Part shown: positions 25,625-39,800 of the stretch, piece by piece | Numbering within the stretch: the first letter of the stretch is position 1 | How the letters are laid out: every line of letters begins with the position of its first letter | Position numbers and translations under genes: made by a program | The notes under the pieces: model-generated | Told to the model about the DNA's origin: nothing | The model's database searches: none | The model's input: only the letters and a program-made list of their open reading frames with translations | Source: Macrostomum lignano | Lineage: Eukaryota | Direction of reading: 5' to 3' | DNA length: 64,000 nt | Assembly (NCBI GenBank): GCA_002269645.1 | Contig: NIVC01000019.1 | Span: forward strand, 806,001 to 870,000

Positions 25625-26112
25625 TGCCTGACAATTAGATAGTCAGGGCCTGACAATATGCCTGACAATTAAATAGTCAGGACCTGACAATATGCCTGAC
25701 AATGAGATAGTCAGGGCCTGACAATATGTCTGACAATGAGATAGTCAGGGCCTGACAATATGTCTGACAATGAGATAGTCAAGGCCTGACAATATGCCTG
25801 ACAATGAAATAGTCAGGGCCTGACAATATGTCTGATAATGAGATAGTTAGGGCCTGACAATATACCTGACAATGAGATAGTCAGGGCCTGACAATATGCC
25901 TGACAATGAGATAGTCAGGGCCTGACAATGAGATAATCAAGGCCTGACAATATGCCTGACAATGAGATAGTCAGGGCCTGACAATATGCCTGACAATTAA
26001 ATAGTCAGGGCCTGACAATATGCCTGACAATTAAATAGTCAGGGCCTGGCAATATGCCTGACAATGAGATAGTCAGGGCCTGACAATATGCCTGATAATG
26101 AGATAGTCAGGG
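25625..26112. repeat. Minisatellite, 34-bp unit with internal inverted repeats
   Basis: Unit TGCCTGACAATGAGATAGTCAGGGCCTGACAATA. Confidence 0.96.
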
Positions 26113-26138
26113 CCACTATTTGAATCCTTTGTGTGTCT

Positions 26139-29100
26139 ATGCATAGTATCCATGTGCATGCTAAACTAACAGAAATCTCTCATCCCAATCCCGAGCAGTG
26201 CCTCCTGCTGGTCATAGGCCTTGTCGCCACAGTGAACGAGCTGCAGCTCCAAACCAATGCCACTTTGATGAAAAACGAAACCGCAGTTCAAAGAGTTCGG
26301 GCTGGCACCCTTGACTATGGTATAAACTGCTCCGTGTCTCGCTATATTATTTTCACCTCTGGCGAGGAACCCACTTTGGTTGCCTGGGAGGTGGCGCCAG
26401 ACGATGGCGGCACTGGCAGCGGCTCCTGCCACGTCTACCTGCCAGACAGAGCTGGCGCCAGCGATCGAAATTGCGCCAGGATGTCCGAACAGTTGGGAAT
26501 TCGGCTGGCCGATGCTGATCGACCGGAGACTGGATTAAAGATTGGATTAGTGAATGCTAGTCACGGCGGTTGGTACCAGTGTCGAGTGTACATCGATAAT
26601 CTGCTGTACATTGGTCACACCAGGCTGCTGGTTGAAGGTGAGTGACGTTAATAGAGCGCAATTTTAATTAGGGGTAGGACGGCATCACCATTTCTATCCC
26701 AATTCTTGAAATACTGAGATCTTTAGTTCAATCCCAAAATCCTGGGATTCCTATTCCAATCCCAATATCCCGAAATCCTGGGATTCCCATTCCAATAATC
26801 TCAAAATCCCAATCCTAAAATCCTGGGATTCCTATTCCAATCCCAATATCCCAAAATCCTTGGATTCCTATTCCAAAATCTCAATATCCCGAAATCCTGG
26901 GATTCCCATTCCAATAATCCAAATATCCCGAAATCCTGGGATTTTTATTCCAATAATCCCAATGTCCCGAAATCCTGGGATTTCCATTCCAATGATCCCA
27001 ATATCCCGAAATCCTGGGATTCCCATTCCAATAATCTCAAAATCCCAAAATCCTGAGATTCCTATTCCAATCCCAATATCCCGAAATCCTGGGATTCCCA
27101 TTCCAATAATCTCAAAATTCCAAAATCCTGGGATTCCTATTCCAATCCCAATACCACGAAATTTCGGGATTCCTATTCCAAGCCTAATATCCCAAATCCT
27201 TGGATTCCCATTCCAAAATCTCAATATCCCGAAATCCTGGGATTCCCATTCCAATAATCCAAATATCCCGAAATCCTGGGATTTTTATTCCAATAATCCC
27301 AATGTCCCGAAATCCTGGGATCCCCATTCCAATAATCCCAATATCCCGAAATCATGGAATCCCCATTCCAATAATCTCAATGTCCCGAAATCCTGGGCTC
27401 TTCATTCCAATAATCCCAATATCCCGAAATCCTGGGCTCTTCATTCCAATAATCCCAATGTCCCGAAATCCTGAGCTCTTCATTCCAATAATCCCAATAT
27501 TCCGAAATCCTGGAATCCCCATTCCAATAATCTCAATGTCCCGAAATCCTGGGATCCCCATTCCAATAATCTCAATGTCCCGAAATCCTGGGATCCCCAT
27601 TCCAATAATCCCAATATCCCGAAATCCTTGGATTCCCATTCCAATAATCCCAATATCCCGAAATCCTGGGATCCCCATTCCAATAATCCCAATGGCCCGA
27701 AATCCTGGGATCCTCATTCCAATAATCCCAATGACCCGAAATCCTGGGCTCTTCATTCCAATAATTCCAATGGCCCGAAATCCTGGGCTCTTCATTCCAA
27801 TAATTCCAATATCCCGAAATCCCGGGCTCTTCATTCCAATAATTTCAATGTCTCGAAATCCCGTTAGCTGATATGAACTTAGTCTCTTAAATGGAAATGC
27901 ACTCGCCACACTTTATTTTCTTAGAAATCCTAATTGGGTACATGTACTTTGACATTGCCCAAATTGAAATCCGTCAATTTCAGAGAAGCCGTCAGCTCCC
28001 ACTGACCTTCGATTGACCCCGCTCTCGCCGGACACCCTGGTTGCCAGCTGGAGTCCGCCAGGTAGCAACGGTAATTTGCCGGTGCTGCGCTACGAGCTGA
28101 CTGGCTCCGGGCTCCGGCTGAGTGGCAGCCCCAAGCCCAAGCTGCTTATCAACAACCTCGGGCCGCACAAGGTCTACTGTCTGTCCGTTCTGGCTGTCAA
28201 TGCAGCCGGCAGGGGACCCTCAACTGAGTCCGTCTGCAACAGAACTTTAGAAGGCTCGCCTGAACCGGGCGCACTCAGAGTTGAGTTGCACTCTGTTAAC
28301 GATACAATAGCGGTATTGCGCTTCCATATCGACTTGGACAAGATGGCCGGACAGTTTAGACAGGTCAGTCTGAAACCGCGCCTGCTCTGGCATCTGGAGT
28401 CGCCTGGCCGTCTGTCGGCCGGTTCACAGGCGCAAAAAAATATTGTCATAGCGGCTGAAGAATTTAATAACAGCATTGTTACTGTAAGTACTTATTTCTT
28501 TCATTTGATGTTCTGCCTAAATAGTTCTGTCCGATAATTGTCTCCGCCTACTGTCCGGAATTTCTACCGGTCTTTGTGTCCGCCTACTGTCCGAAATTTC
28601 TTCCAGTCTTTGTGTCTACCTTCTGTCCGGAATTACTTCCGGTATTTGTGTCCGGCCTTTATACGGAATTTCTACCGGTCTTTGTGTCCGTTTTCTGTCC
28701 GGAATTACTTCCGGTCTTTGTGTCCGCCTTCTGTCCGGAATTACTTCCGGTCTTTGTGTCCGCCTACTGTCCGGAATTACTTCCGGTCTTTGTGTCCGGC
28801 CTTTATACGGAATTTCTACCGGTCTTTGTGTCCGTTTTCTGTCCGGAATTACTTCCAGTCTTTGTGTCCACCTTCTGTCCGGAATTACTTCCGGTCTTTG
28901 TGTCCGCCTACTGTCCGAAATTTCTTCCGGTCTTTGTGTCCGCCTACTGTCCGGAATTTCTTTCGGTTTTCTGTTCTGCCTACTGTCCGGAATTACTTCC
29001 GGTCTTTGTGTCCGCCTACTGTCCGAAATTTCTTCCGGTCTTTGTGTCCGCCTTCTGTCCGAAATTTCTTCCAGTACTTTCCGGAATATCGTCCCGTTCA

Positions 29101-32100
29101 AATGTCTAACTTGTGTCCGGTTTTCGTACTATCGTCCACTAATTGAATACCACAGTTCCCGCTTTTAATTTTGTTCTTTCGCAAACTCGGTATATGGAAA
29201 TCACATCGATTGTTTTTTTCCACAGACCCGCGCCCTTACCGACCTGGAGCCGTACAGCCACTACCGACTGTTATATTCAGTGTCCAACGGAGCTGCATCT
29301 GGCTCAGCCGGCTCGATTGACTTCAATACTACCGAAGGACGTGAGTGCCATTTTTTGCTTTTGGATTGTTGCCAGCAAAACTCGAGACATTTCAACCACA
29401 CTATTTAGATCTGATCTAGTTATTCCACCCCGAACTTGGGAATCATCCTCACCTTCGGCAGAGAATCGCCCTCGCCTCCCAAAAAGAATCGCCCTCACAT
29501 CCCATAGAGAATCGCCCTCACATCCCAAAAAGAATCGCCCTCACATCCCAAAGAGAATCGCCCTCGCCTCCCAAAGAGAATCGCCCTCACCTTCCGAATA
29601 AAATCGCCCTCACTTCCAAAGAGAATCGCCCTCAACTCCTAAATAAAATCGCTCTCACTTCCAAAGAGAATCGCCCTCACCTTCCGAATAAAATCGCCCT
29701 CACTTCCAAAGAGAATCGCCCTCAACTCCCAAAGAGAATCGCCCTCACCTTCCGAATAAAATCGCCCTCACTTCCAAAGAGAATCGCCCTCAACTCCCAA
29801 ATAAAATCGCTCTCACTTCCAAAGAGAATCGCCCTCACCTTCCGAATAAAATCGCCCTCACTTCCAAAGAGAATAGCCCTCACATCCTAAAGAGAATCGC
29901 CCTCACCTTCCGAAAAAAACCGCCCTCACATCCTAAAGAGAATCGCCCTCACTTCCAAAGAGAATCGCCCTCAACTCCCAAATAAAATCGCCCTCACTTC
30001 CGAAGAGAATCGCCCTCAGCTCCCAAAAAGAATCGCCCTCACATCCCAAAGAGAATCGCCCTCGCCTCCCAAAGAGAATCGCCCTCACCTTCCGAATAAA
30101 ATCGCCCTCACTTCCAAAGAGAATCGCCCTCAACTCCCAAATAAAATCGCCCTCACCTTCCGAATAAAATCGCCCTCACTTCCAAAGAGAATCACCCTCA
30201 ACTCCCAAATAAAATCGCCCTCACCTTCCGAATAAAATCGCCCTCACTTCCAAAGAGAATCGCCCTCACATCCTAAAGAGAATCGCCCTCACTTACCAAA
30301 GAGAATCGCCCTCAACTCCCAAATAAAATCGCCCTCACTTCCAAAGAGAATAGCCCTCACATCCTAAAGAGAATCGCCCTCACCAAAGAGAATCGCCCTC
30401 ACCTCCCAAAGAGAATCGCCCTCACTTACCAAAGAGAATCGCCCTCACCTCCCAAAGAGAATCGCCCTCACCTCCCAAAGAGAATCGCCCTCACATCCCA
30501 AAGAGAATCACCTTCCCCCAAAGAGAATCGCCCTCGCCGCCCCACCCAGAGAGAGACTAAGTCAGAAATAGGCAGAGTCAGCAGCAAGTCCCTCATCTTC
30601 TTACTCCCACAGTCGCGCCTGCGCCCACTCTGCTCCTTTATCAATTGTCGATCTTCGACATGAACCTGACGGCCACTTGCGCGCCAAAAGGCCGCGTCAA
30701 CGGCCGCTTCAACGGCTACAGACTGTTCGTGTACCTGCAGAGCAACAAATCCATAGTGTTCGAGCGCAACTTCGGTCCAGACGCCGTGAACCTGACCGTC
30801 ACCGGGCTGAAGCCGTACACCAGCTACTTGTTGAGTGCGGCCATCGTTACTACAAGGGTCGGAAAGGAATCCTCGCCAACGCCGGTGCTGACAGATCCGG
30901 GCGCCCCGACTGCGCCAATTAATTTCACTGCATCACCGGCCAAGGCTCGCGCCGGCCTGCTACTGTCCTGGGATCATAAACCTGTGGGATTTCGCGACAA
31001 TGCGGATGATAAAAGCTTCCCAATTTACATGCTGACCTACCGGGTCTACTGGCTGTTTGTTATTGATTCCGGCTTAGAACTGCCACCGTCTTATTGGGAT
31101 GTGCCGCTCACATTAGATCAGCTGTCTACCTGTGATTGCAGACTTGCCACTCATGTTAGCTGCCGGCCAACGACTGAGAGAATCTGCGTGAGTCCTTTGA
31201 TAATCATAGATTCCATAATCATAGATTTCATAATCCTAGATTTCATAATCATAGATCTCATAATCCTAGATTTCATAATCCTAGATTTCATAATCCTAGA
31301 TTTCATAATCAAAGATTTCATAATCATAGATCTCATAATCATAGATCTCATAATCATAGATTTCATAATCCTAGATTTCATAATCCTAGATTTTATAATC
31401 ATAGATCTCATAATCATAGATCTCATAATCATAGATCTCATAATCCTGGATTTCATAATCCTAGATTTCATAATCCTAGATTTTATAATCATAGATTTCA
31501 TAATCATAGATCTCATAATCCTAGATTTCATTATCATAGATTTCATAATCATAGATTTCATAATCATAGATTTCATAATCATATATTTCATAATCCTAGA
31601 TTTCATAATCATAGATTTCATAATCATAGATTTAATTATCAAAGATTTCATAATCATAGATTTAATTATCAAAGATTTCATAATCATATATTTCATAATC
31701 CTAGATTTCATAATCCTAGATTTCATAATTGTGATTAAGCCGGCATTAAACTGCCCCCTCTCCCGCCTGCAGCTGCTGCTGCCCCAACGTGAGCTGATCA
31801 GAAGCCTGTCACTCATAACGGACAAAATCGGACAATCGACTGTCGGTCTGTCTGACCAGCTGCGGATCCGCCTGTGGATTCAAGCCGTCGGCAAGTCCAG
31901 CTACGACACTGAGCATCGGCGCTATTTTGGCGACCGATCCGAGCCAGCAGACGCTTCGGTGTCGATCAGCGATTACGAAGCTGGCGGCCTCGGCCGAGCC
32001 TCGAGCAAATTTCCTGGCGGGAGAAGAAAGAATGGCGAATCGGCGACTGACAATAAAGACTCGAATCTGTCGCCCGCCGTTGCTGTCGGCGTCGTTGTCG

Positions 32101-35100
32101 GCGGCATCGCGGCAGTGCTGGGCGTCGGCTTCATCTTGTTGCTTGGCTGGCGCTGGATCTGCGTCCGGCACAGGGGCTACCAGCGGCCGTTTAGCCAGGG
32201 CTTGGAGACTTTCGAGTGCCTCAGTGAGTGCATTGCTCAATTGTAAATGTGCGGGTAGATCAGGGCTCTGCTAATCACTTCCGGTCATTCCATTGATTAT
32301 CTTTGACCTCACACCTCCGGTCATTCCATTGATCATCTTTGACCTCACACTTCCGGTCATTCCATTGATCATCTTTGACCTCACTTCCGGTCATTCCATT
32401 GATCATCTTTGACCTCACTTCCGGTCATTCCATTGATCATCTTTGACCTCACTTCCGGTCATTCCATTGATCATCTTTGACCTCATTTCCGGTCATTCTA
32501 TTAATCATTTTGGACCTCACACTTCCGGCCATTCCATTGATCATCTTTGACCTCACTTCCGGTCATTCTATTGATCATCTTTGACCTCACTTCCGGTCAT
32601 TCCATTGATTATCTTTGACCTCACACTTCTCCATTGATCATCTTTGACCTCACACTTCCGGTCATTCCATTGATCATCTTTGACCTCACTTCCGGTCATT
32701 CCATTGATCATCTTTGACCTCACTTCCGGTCATTAGATTGATTATTACTTCCGGTCGTTGTAATCATAAATTAATAAGTAGGCCTAAATAGGGTTAATAA
32801 ATAGGCCATTTCATTCCCACTTCCTTTCATTGGATGGATCATTATATGACTTGACTTACTTAACTTAGCTGCAGGGGGCTCCAGGCAGTCGGTTACAGCG
32901 GGGAGACGTCGCCGCCCATTCCACTAAGCCCTGGCGACCACAGGCAACCTGGAAAAATCGGACAGATCCGGGTTTGGGTCGAGTAGGCGAGTCTGTCCCC
33001 AGTAAGGTTCTCAACACTGGAGAGGCAGAATGGGCGCATTCCTCTACGAGGTTTTTACCTGGACGGCTCTGCAGTTGAGTCCAAGCAGGGCCCTGTGGAG
33101 GGCAGCTCGGAGATTGTCGGCAATTTCTGATCATCATATTTTTCATTATCCGATTTCTCCAACGTTTTGGTTATAATTTTGCTCGTGATGTGTTCCTTAC
33201 TACCAACCCAGTAATCAAATGAAGGTATTTATTACCTTGAGAACTGATCAGTTTATCTCTTCCTTAGCGTTGTTCTCGCTAATAGACCTTCGAAGTCTTG
33301 TATATCGGGCGCCCCTCGTCGGTGTCTGGTCCGGTCCTCTTTGTCCTCAATGACTTCTTGCCGGCCGGTATCTGTAGGTCGGACCACTGGAAGCTTCCAA
33401 TTACAATGGGTACCCTGCGCCAACTGCGGTTCAATATAAGCCTCCTTCTAGCAGTGCCTCTATGCACTCTAGGTATGGCTCCGGTATTCTCTAGCAGATC
33501 TTCTAAGATCTACTAGGGTAGTCCTTCGGGCGACTACAGCCAATGGAGTCTCAAATGGACTCAAATGTCTCAACAGACTCTAACACTATATCACAAGTGA
33601 GTCGACTCAACAACAACGGGCGTAAATAAAGAAGGCTTACCGCAAGTCACTCGACCGAGTCTCGAGTTGATCTAGGAAGTCTTGGCTAAAGCTTCCTCTT
33701 CGGAGCTCCTTCTCCTTCCGGAGACCGGTTTCTTAGCTCCGGGTCCGCTTCGGACCACTTGTATTTATAGACGATTTCGTAGGCCAAAAATAGTAACATG
33801 ACTCATGTGCTAAAATAGCAACGTGATTCATCGGCTATAAATAGTAACGTGATTCATCTGCTAAAAATAGTAACATGAATCATCCTTAAAGTTTAGGTGC
33901 GCATGCGTGCACTTACTTACTTATAGTAGCATTCTACAATTGTCAATTTACTTTTGCGGGAGGTAAAACACTCTACACTCGTGTCTACTTTAAGTAGCAA
34001 GATTCGCTTTTCGAATCTTTTTAACAGCCGCAGACAACGATCAAGGCGGCCACAGCAGTCACAGCGCCGGCAGTTCTCGTGCGCAGTTGAAGCGCTACTC
34101 TCAGACAGAGCACAAGGCCATGTCCGTTGCTGAATTCCGCGATCACGTGATCGCCAGCCACGCCAACGATAATTCCGCTTTTCAACTCGAATTTGAAGAC
34201 ATTCAACGTGTGACGCACAAGGATTGGCCGGCGTATCATGCCAAGCATCCTGATAATCTGTCTAAGAACCGCTACACGGACATCTGTCCTTGTGAGTATT
34301 GGCTTTAGTTGTGTCTATGGAGTGAAGTGCTGTTACATTTGTGTCTATGGAGTGAAGTGCTGTTACATTTGTGTCTATGGAGTGAAGTGCTGTTACATTT
34401 GTGTCTATGGAGTGAAGTGCTGTTACATTTGTGTCTATGGAGTGAAGTGCTGTTGCATTGGTGTCTATGGAGTGAAGTGCTGTTACATTTGTGTCTATGG
34501 AGTGAAGTGCTGTTACATTTGTGTCTATGGAGTGAAGTGCTGTTACATTTGTGTCTATGGAGTGAAGTGCTGTTACATTTGTGTCTATGGAGTGAAGTGC
34601 TGTTACATTTGTGTCTATGGAGTGAAGTGCTGTTACATTTGTGTCTATGGAGTGAAGTGCTGTTGCATTGGTGTCTATGGAGTGAAGTGCTGTTACATTT
34701 GTGTCTATGGAGTGAAGTGCTGTTACATTTGTGTCTATGGAGTGAAGTGCTGTTGCATTGGTGTCTATGGAGTGAAGTGCTGTTACATTTGTGTCTATGG
34801 AGTGAAGTGCTGTTACATTTGTGTCTATGGAGTGAAGTACTGTTACATTTGTGTCTATGGAGTGAAGTACTGTTACATTTGTGTCTATCGAGTGAAGTGC
34901 TGTTGCATTGGTGTCTATGGAGTGAAGTGCTGTTACATTTGTGTCTCTGGAGTGAAGTGCTGTTACATTTGTGTCTCTGGAGTGAAGTGCTGTTGCACTG
35001 GTGTTTATGGAGTGAAGTGCTGTTACGTGTCTATGGAGTGAAGTGCTGTTACATTTGTGTCTATAGAGTGAAGTGCTGTTACATTTGTGTCTATGGAGTG

Positions 35101-36326
35101 AAGTGCTGTTACATTTGTGTCTCTGGAGTGAAGTGCTGTTACATTTGTGTCTCTGGAGTGAAGTGCTGTTACATTTGTGTCTATGGAGTGAAGTGCTGTT
35201 ACATTTGTGTCTATGGAGTGAAGTGCTGTTACATTTGTGTCTATGGAGTGAAGTACTGTTACATTTGTGTCTATCGAGTGAAGTGCTGTTGCATTGGTGT
35301 CTATGGAGTGAAGTGCTGTTACATTTGTGTCTCTGGAGTGAAGTGCTGTTACATTTGTGTCTCTGGAGTGAAGTGCTGTTGCACTGGTGTCTATGGAGTG
35401 AAGTGCTGTTACGTGTCTATGGAGTGAAGTGCTGTTACATTTGTGTCTATAGAGTGAAGTGCTGTTACATTTGTGTCTATGGAGTGAAGTGCTGTTACAT
35501 TTGTGTCTCTGGAGTGAAGTGCTGTTACATTTGTGTCTCTGGAGTGAAGTGCTGTTACATTTGTGTCTCTGGAGTGAAGTGCTGTTGCATTTGTGTCTCT
35601 GGAGTGAAGTGCTGTTACATTTGAGTCTATGGAGTGAAGTGCTGTTACATTTGTGTCTCTGGAGTGAAGTGCTGTTACATTTTGTGTCTCTGGAGTGAAA
35701 TGCTGTTGCATTTGTGTCTCTGGAGTGAAGTGCTGTTACATTTGTGTCTCTGGAGTGAAGTGCTGTTACATTTGTGTCTCTGGAGTGAAATGCTGTTGCA
35801 TTTGTGTCTCTGGAGTGAAGTGCTGTTACATTTGTGTCTCTGGAGTGAAGTGCTGTGTCTATGAGTGAAGTGCTGTTGCATTGGTGTCAAACATGTCAAT
35901 CGCCTCCCTAACACACGCCTATAAATCAATCAACTCAGACGATCACAGTCGAGTTGTTCTGCTGTCAAACCCAGGCAAGAAAATGGGCGACTACATCAAT
36001 GCTAACTATGTTGATGTGAGTAATCACTTGCTATTCTTATTTGTCACAATTCTTTCTTACTCAGTTTTCTAAGTGCAAGCCCTACCCGAATCCAGGGCTA
36101 CCGCCGGGACAAAGCTTACATCGCTTGCCAGGGTCCTGTGCCGTCCACCTTTGACGACTTCTGGCTAATGGTGTGGGAGAACCGCTGCACGGCTGTCGTT
36201 ATGATCTCCAACTTTGTGGAGCGGGGGAGGGTGAGTCACTGCTTTATGATTCGGGCACTGAGTAGATGGATAGATAGTTGGGTAGATGGATAGATAGTTG
36301 GGTAGATAGATAGATAGGTAGATAGG

Positions 36327-36377
<51 letters not shown>

Positions 36378-36402
36378 GTAGATAGATAGATAGGTAGGTA
36401 GG

Positions 36403-36473
<71 letters not shown>

Positions 36474-36527
36474 GTAGATAGATAGGTAGGTAGGTAGATA
36501 GATAGATAAATAGGTAGATAGATAGAT

Positions 36528-36574
<47 letters not shown>

Positions 36575-36609
36575 TAGATAGATAGGTAGATAGGTAGATT
36601 GATATATAT

Positions 36610-36685
<76 letters not shown>

Positions 36686-36694
36686 GTAGATAGG

Positions 36695-36739
<45 letters not shown>

Positions 36740-36766
36740 CGATAGATAGATAGATAGATAGATAGG

Positions 36767-36805
<39 letters not shown>

Positions 36806-39800
36806 GTAGATAGATACATAGGTAGACAGATTGATAGGTACTTATTTGGAAGATAGGTAGACACTGGGGAAGATATATTCTGAATAGATTGTAAGCAGTA
36901 GTCAGGAATTCAACGCCAGACTTCCCTCGGCACTCCGCAGCGCAAATGCGACCAGTATTGGCCCTCCAGCGGCAGCGAAGTGTACGGCGCCATCTCGGTG
37001 AAGCTGATCCGTCAGCTCAATAAGGCGGCCTACTGTATGCGCGAATTTTCTATCAGAAATTTGCGCGCAAAAAAGCTGGCGAAAGAGCGCCAATTGTTCC
37101 ATTTTCACTATTCTGAGTGGCCAGACTACGGCGTGCCGGCTTATCCGCTGCCCGTGCTCAACTTTGTACAGCGGACGGCCGCCTACTGCGGGGGCGACCA
37201 GTCCGGCCCGGTCGTGGTGCACTGCAGGTAAGCTCTTGTAATTATAGTTTAGAAGTTATTAACGGCGAAATAGCTTGAATTTTACCAGAAGCGTCTAAAT
37301 TATTACCGGAAAGAGCTAAATTATTATCTAAAACGGCTGGATTTTAACCGTAAGTGGCTGGATTCTAACCTGAAGTAGCTGGATTCTAACCGGAAGTAGC
37401 TGGATTCTTACCTGAAGTAGCTGGATTCTAACCTGAAGTAGCTGGATTCTAACCGGAAGTAGCTGGATTTTAGCTGAAAGGAGCTGGATTTTAGCTGAAA
37501 GGAGCTGGATTTTAGCTGAAAGGAGCTGGATTTTAGCTGAAAGGAGCTGGATTTTAGCTGAAAGGAGCTGGATTTTAGCTGAAAGGAGCTGGATTTTAGC
37601 TGAAAGGAGCTGGATTTTAACCGTAAGTGGCTGGATTCTAACCTGAAGTAGCTGGATTCTAACCTGAAGTAGCTGGATTCTAACCGGAAGTAGCTGGATT
37701 CTAACCTGAAGTAGCTGGATTCTAACCGGAAGTAGCTGGATTTTAGCTGAAAGGAGCTGGATTTTAACCGTAAGTGGCTGGATTTTAACCGTAAGTGGCT
37801 GGATTCTAACCTGAAGTAGCTGGATTCTAACCGGAAGTAGCTGGATTCTAACCTGAAGTAGCTGGATTCTAACCTGAAGTAGCTGGATTCTAACCGGAAG
37901 TAGCTGGATTTTAGCTGAAAGGAGCTGGATTTTAACTGGAAGTAGCTGAATTTAAACAAGGGGCTGAACTTTAACCGGAAAGGACTTAATTTTAGCCGGA
38001 AGTGGCTGGATTTTAGCCTCAAATGGTGGATTTTAACCGGAAGGAGCTGAATTTTATCCGAAAGTGGCTGGATTTCCTTACTAATTTAGTATCGATATAA
38101 ACATAAATCGAGTCTGAAGCCAATTCTCACACAATTATTTTCATTTTGTTACTTTGCCTACCCTCAGCGCCGGGGTTGGCCGCACTGGCACCTTCATCTG
38201 CATCGAGTCGCAGATTCGCCAAATCCTATGCGAGAAAACCATTAACGTGCGCGGCTTCCTTGAGCACATCCGGCAGCAGCGAATGCGCCTGGTGCAAACC
38301 GAGGAGCAGTACATCTTCATTCACGACGTACTGCTGGAGTTCCTGCTCTGTCCTGAACGGGAGATCCCCATGGAACGGTTGCCGGATTATTTTAGCAACC
38401 TGATGGAGGAGACTGAGCCGTGCGGCTGCACGGGATTGGAGACTCAATACCAGGTGCGAGACTGAAGCCTAGGAAATGTTTTTATTGATAGTAGTTTAAA
38501 CAGTAATCCCGTTAAAAACGGTACCGTGACAGAGTCGCTAAAAAGTCATTGCAAACAACTCACTAGTGACTCTAGCGACTCTTGTGAGTTTTTAAACGAC
38601 TCAAACGACTGCAATGTGACGGAGAGGCGACTGTTGAGTCACGATCAGTAAGTTGTAAAATTGTGAAAGAGTCATCCAAGACTCTATTTTGTTGGCGCTA
38701 AAATTTCGCTTGAGATGTGTCTCTGAGCACGTTTCAAATCCGACTCTACAGCCTTAGAGTCGCTATGCGTTCAAATTGTCTTTTAGGCAACTCTTTGACG
38801 GCTTTTTGGCGACTTGTACCGTGACATTTCGTTGTTTTAGAGTCGTCTGGGGTCACTTCTTGTCTATTTTACCTGTGTTTTACCTGCAATGACTCGGGGG
38901 CGACACAGGTGACTCCAGGTACACTTGTTGGCCTGGCACCGTACCGTTTTCATCGGGAATCTCAACAATAACTTGTATAAATACACTGAGGATCCTAAAT
39001 CAGCCTCGACAAAATTTTGCATCATCAAAATCGTGGCATTCTGTTAGTGAAAATTAATTTAAAACATCTTTGCAAAAACTTTGCAGCTTTGCGTTGCGCA
39101 TCAACCGGCTGATTACGAGTTGGCGTCGGCGCTGAAGGCGTGCAACTATGCCAAGAACCGGGCGGATGTGTATCCCAGTAAGTGGGGGGGGGGGCGTAGC
39201 CCAGTGGCGCTCTGGTGTGCCAGCGGCCCAGGCTCGATTCCAAGTGTAGTCGCATTAATTTTGTGGCTAAATTGGAATCTCGGCTTGGCTCTGCTCGTGC
39301 AATTAACGCCATTGAGGGCCAACCACCATGACACAGTGAAGTGTACATCTCAGGTTTTTTTGTGTCATAAGCATGCCATGACATGTCTAAATTAAAAATG
39401 GCATAACGATTTTTTGCCATTATGCCATTGCCAAATTTGCCAATGCTGATGATTCCCCAATTCCAAATTTCAGTTTTGCTTTTAATTTTTTTTTCAAATA
39501 TTACCTTGTTTGTCGTGACAGTTGCATGACTTGCAACTTGCACTTTACGATCAACGGCAAGTTGCATTTCATCATTCTACATTTTATGCAAATGGCATGT
39601 CGAAATTGAAAATGGCATAACGATTTTGACGAAAAAATCCTGGCACTGTACATGCCTTAAGATAAATAAAGTTAGGGCTGATGTACACTTCTGTGTGACT
39701 GCTCAGGGAAGTCGGCGGAATGGGCAGCAATGCCTCTTACAGTTTAGTCCTTGGCTTATAAGCTCACACTGCACCGGACCAGTCTAACCTGTCTATCCAT

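Noticed and set aside
32869-33001. Candidate extra RPTP exon (TTAG acceptor, GTAAGG donor)
   Set aside because: In the required phase-1 frame it hits TAA after ~18 codons; exons 31773-32223 and 34028-34291 join in frame without it.
34238-35864. Cys-rich VYGVKCCYIC / CLWSEVLLHL ORFs resembling metallothionein or keratin-associated proteins
   Set aside because: 30-bp array lying between a GTGAGT donor (34292) and the acceptor at 35938 of the phosphatase gene.
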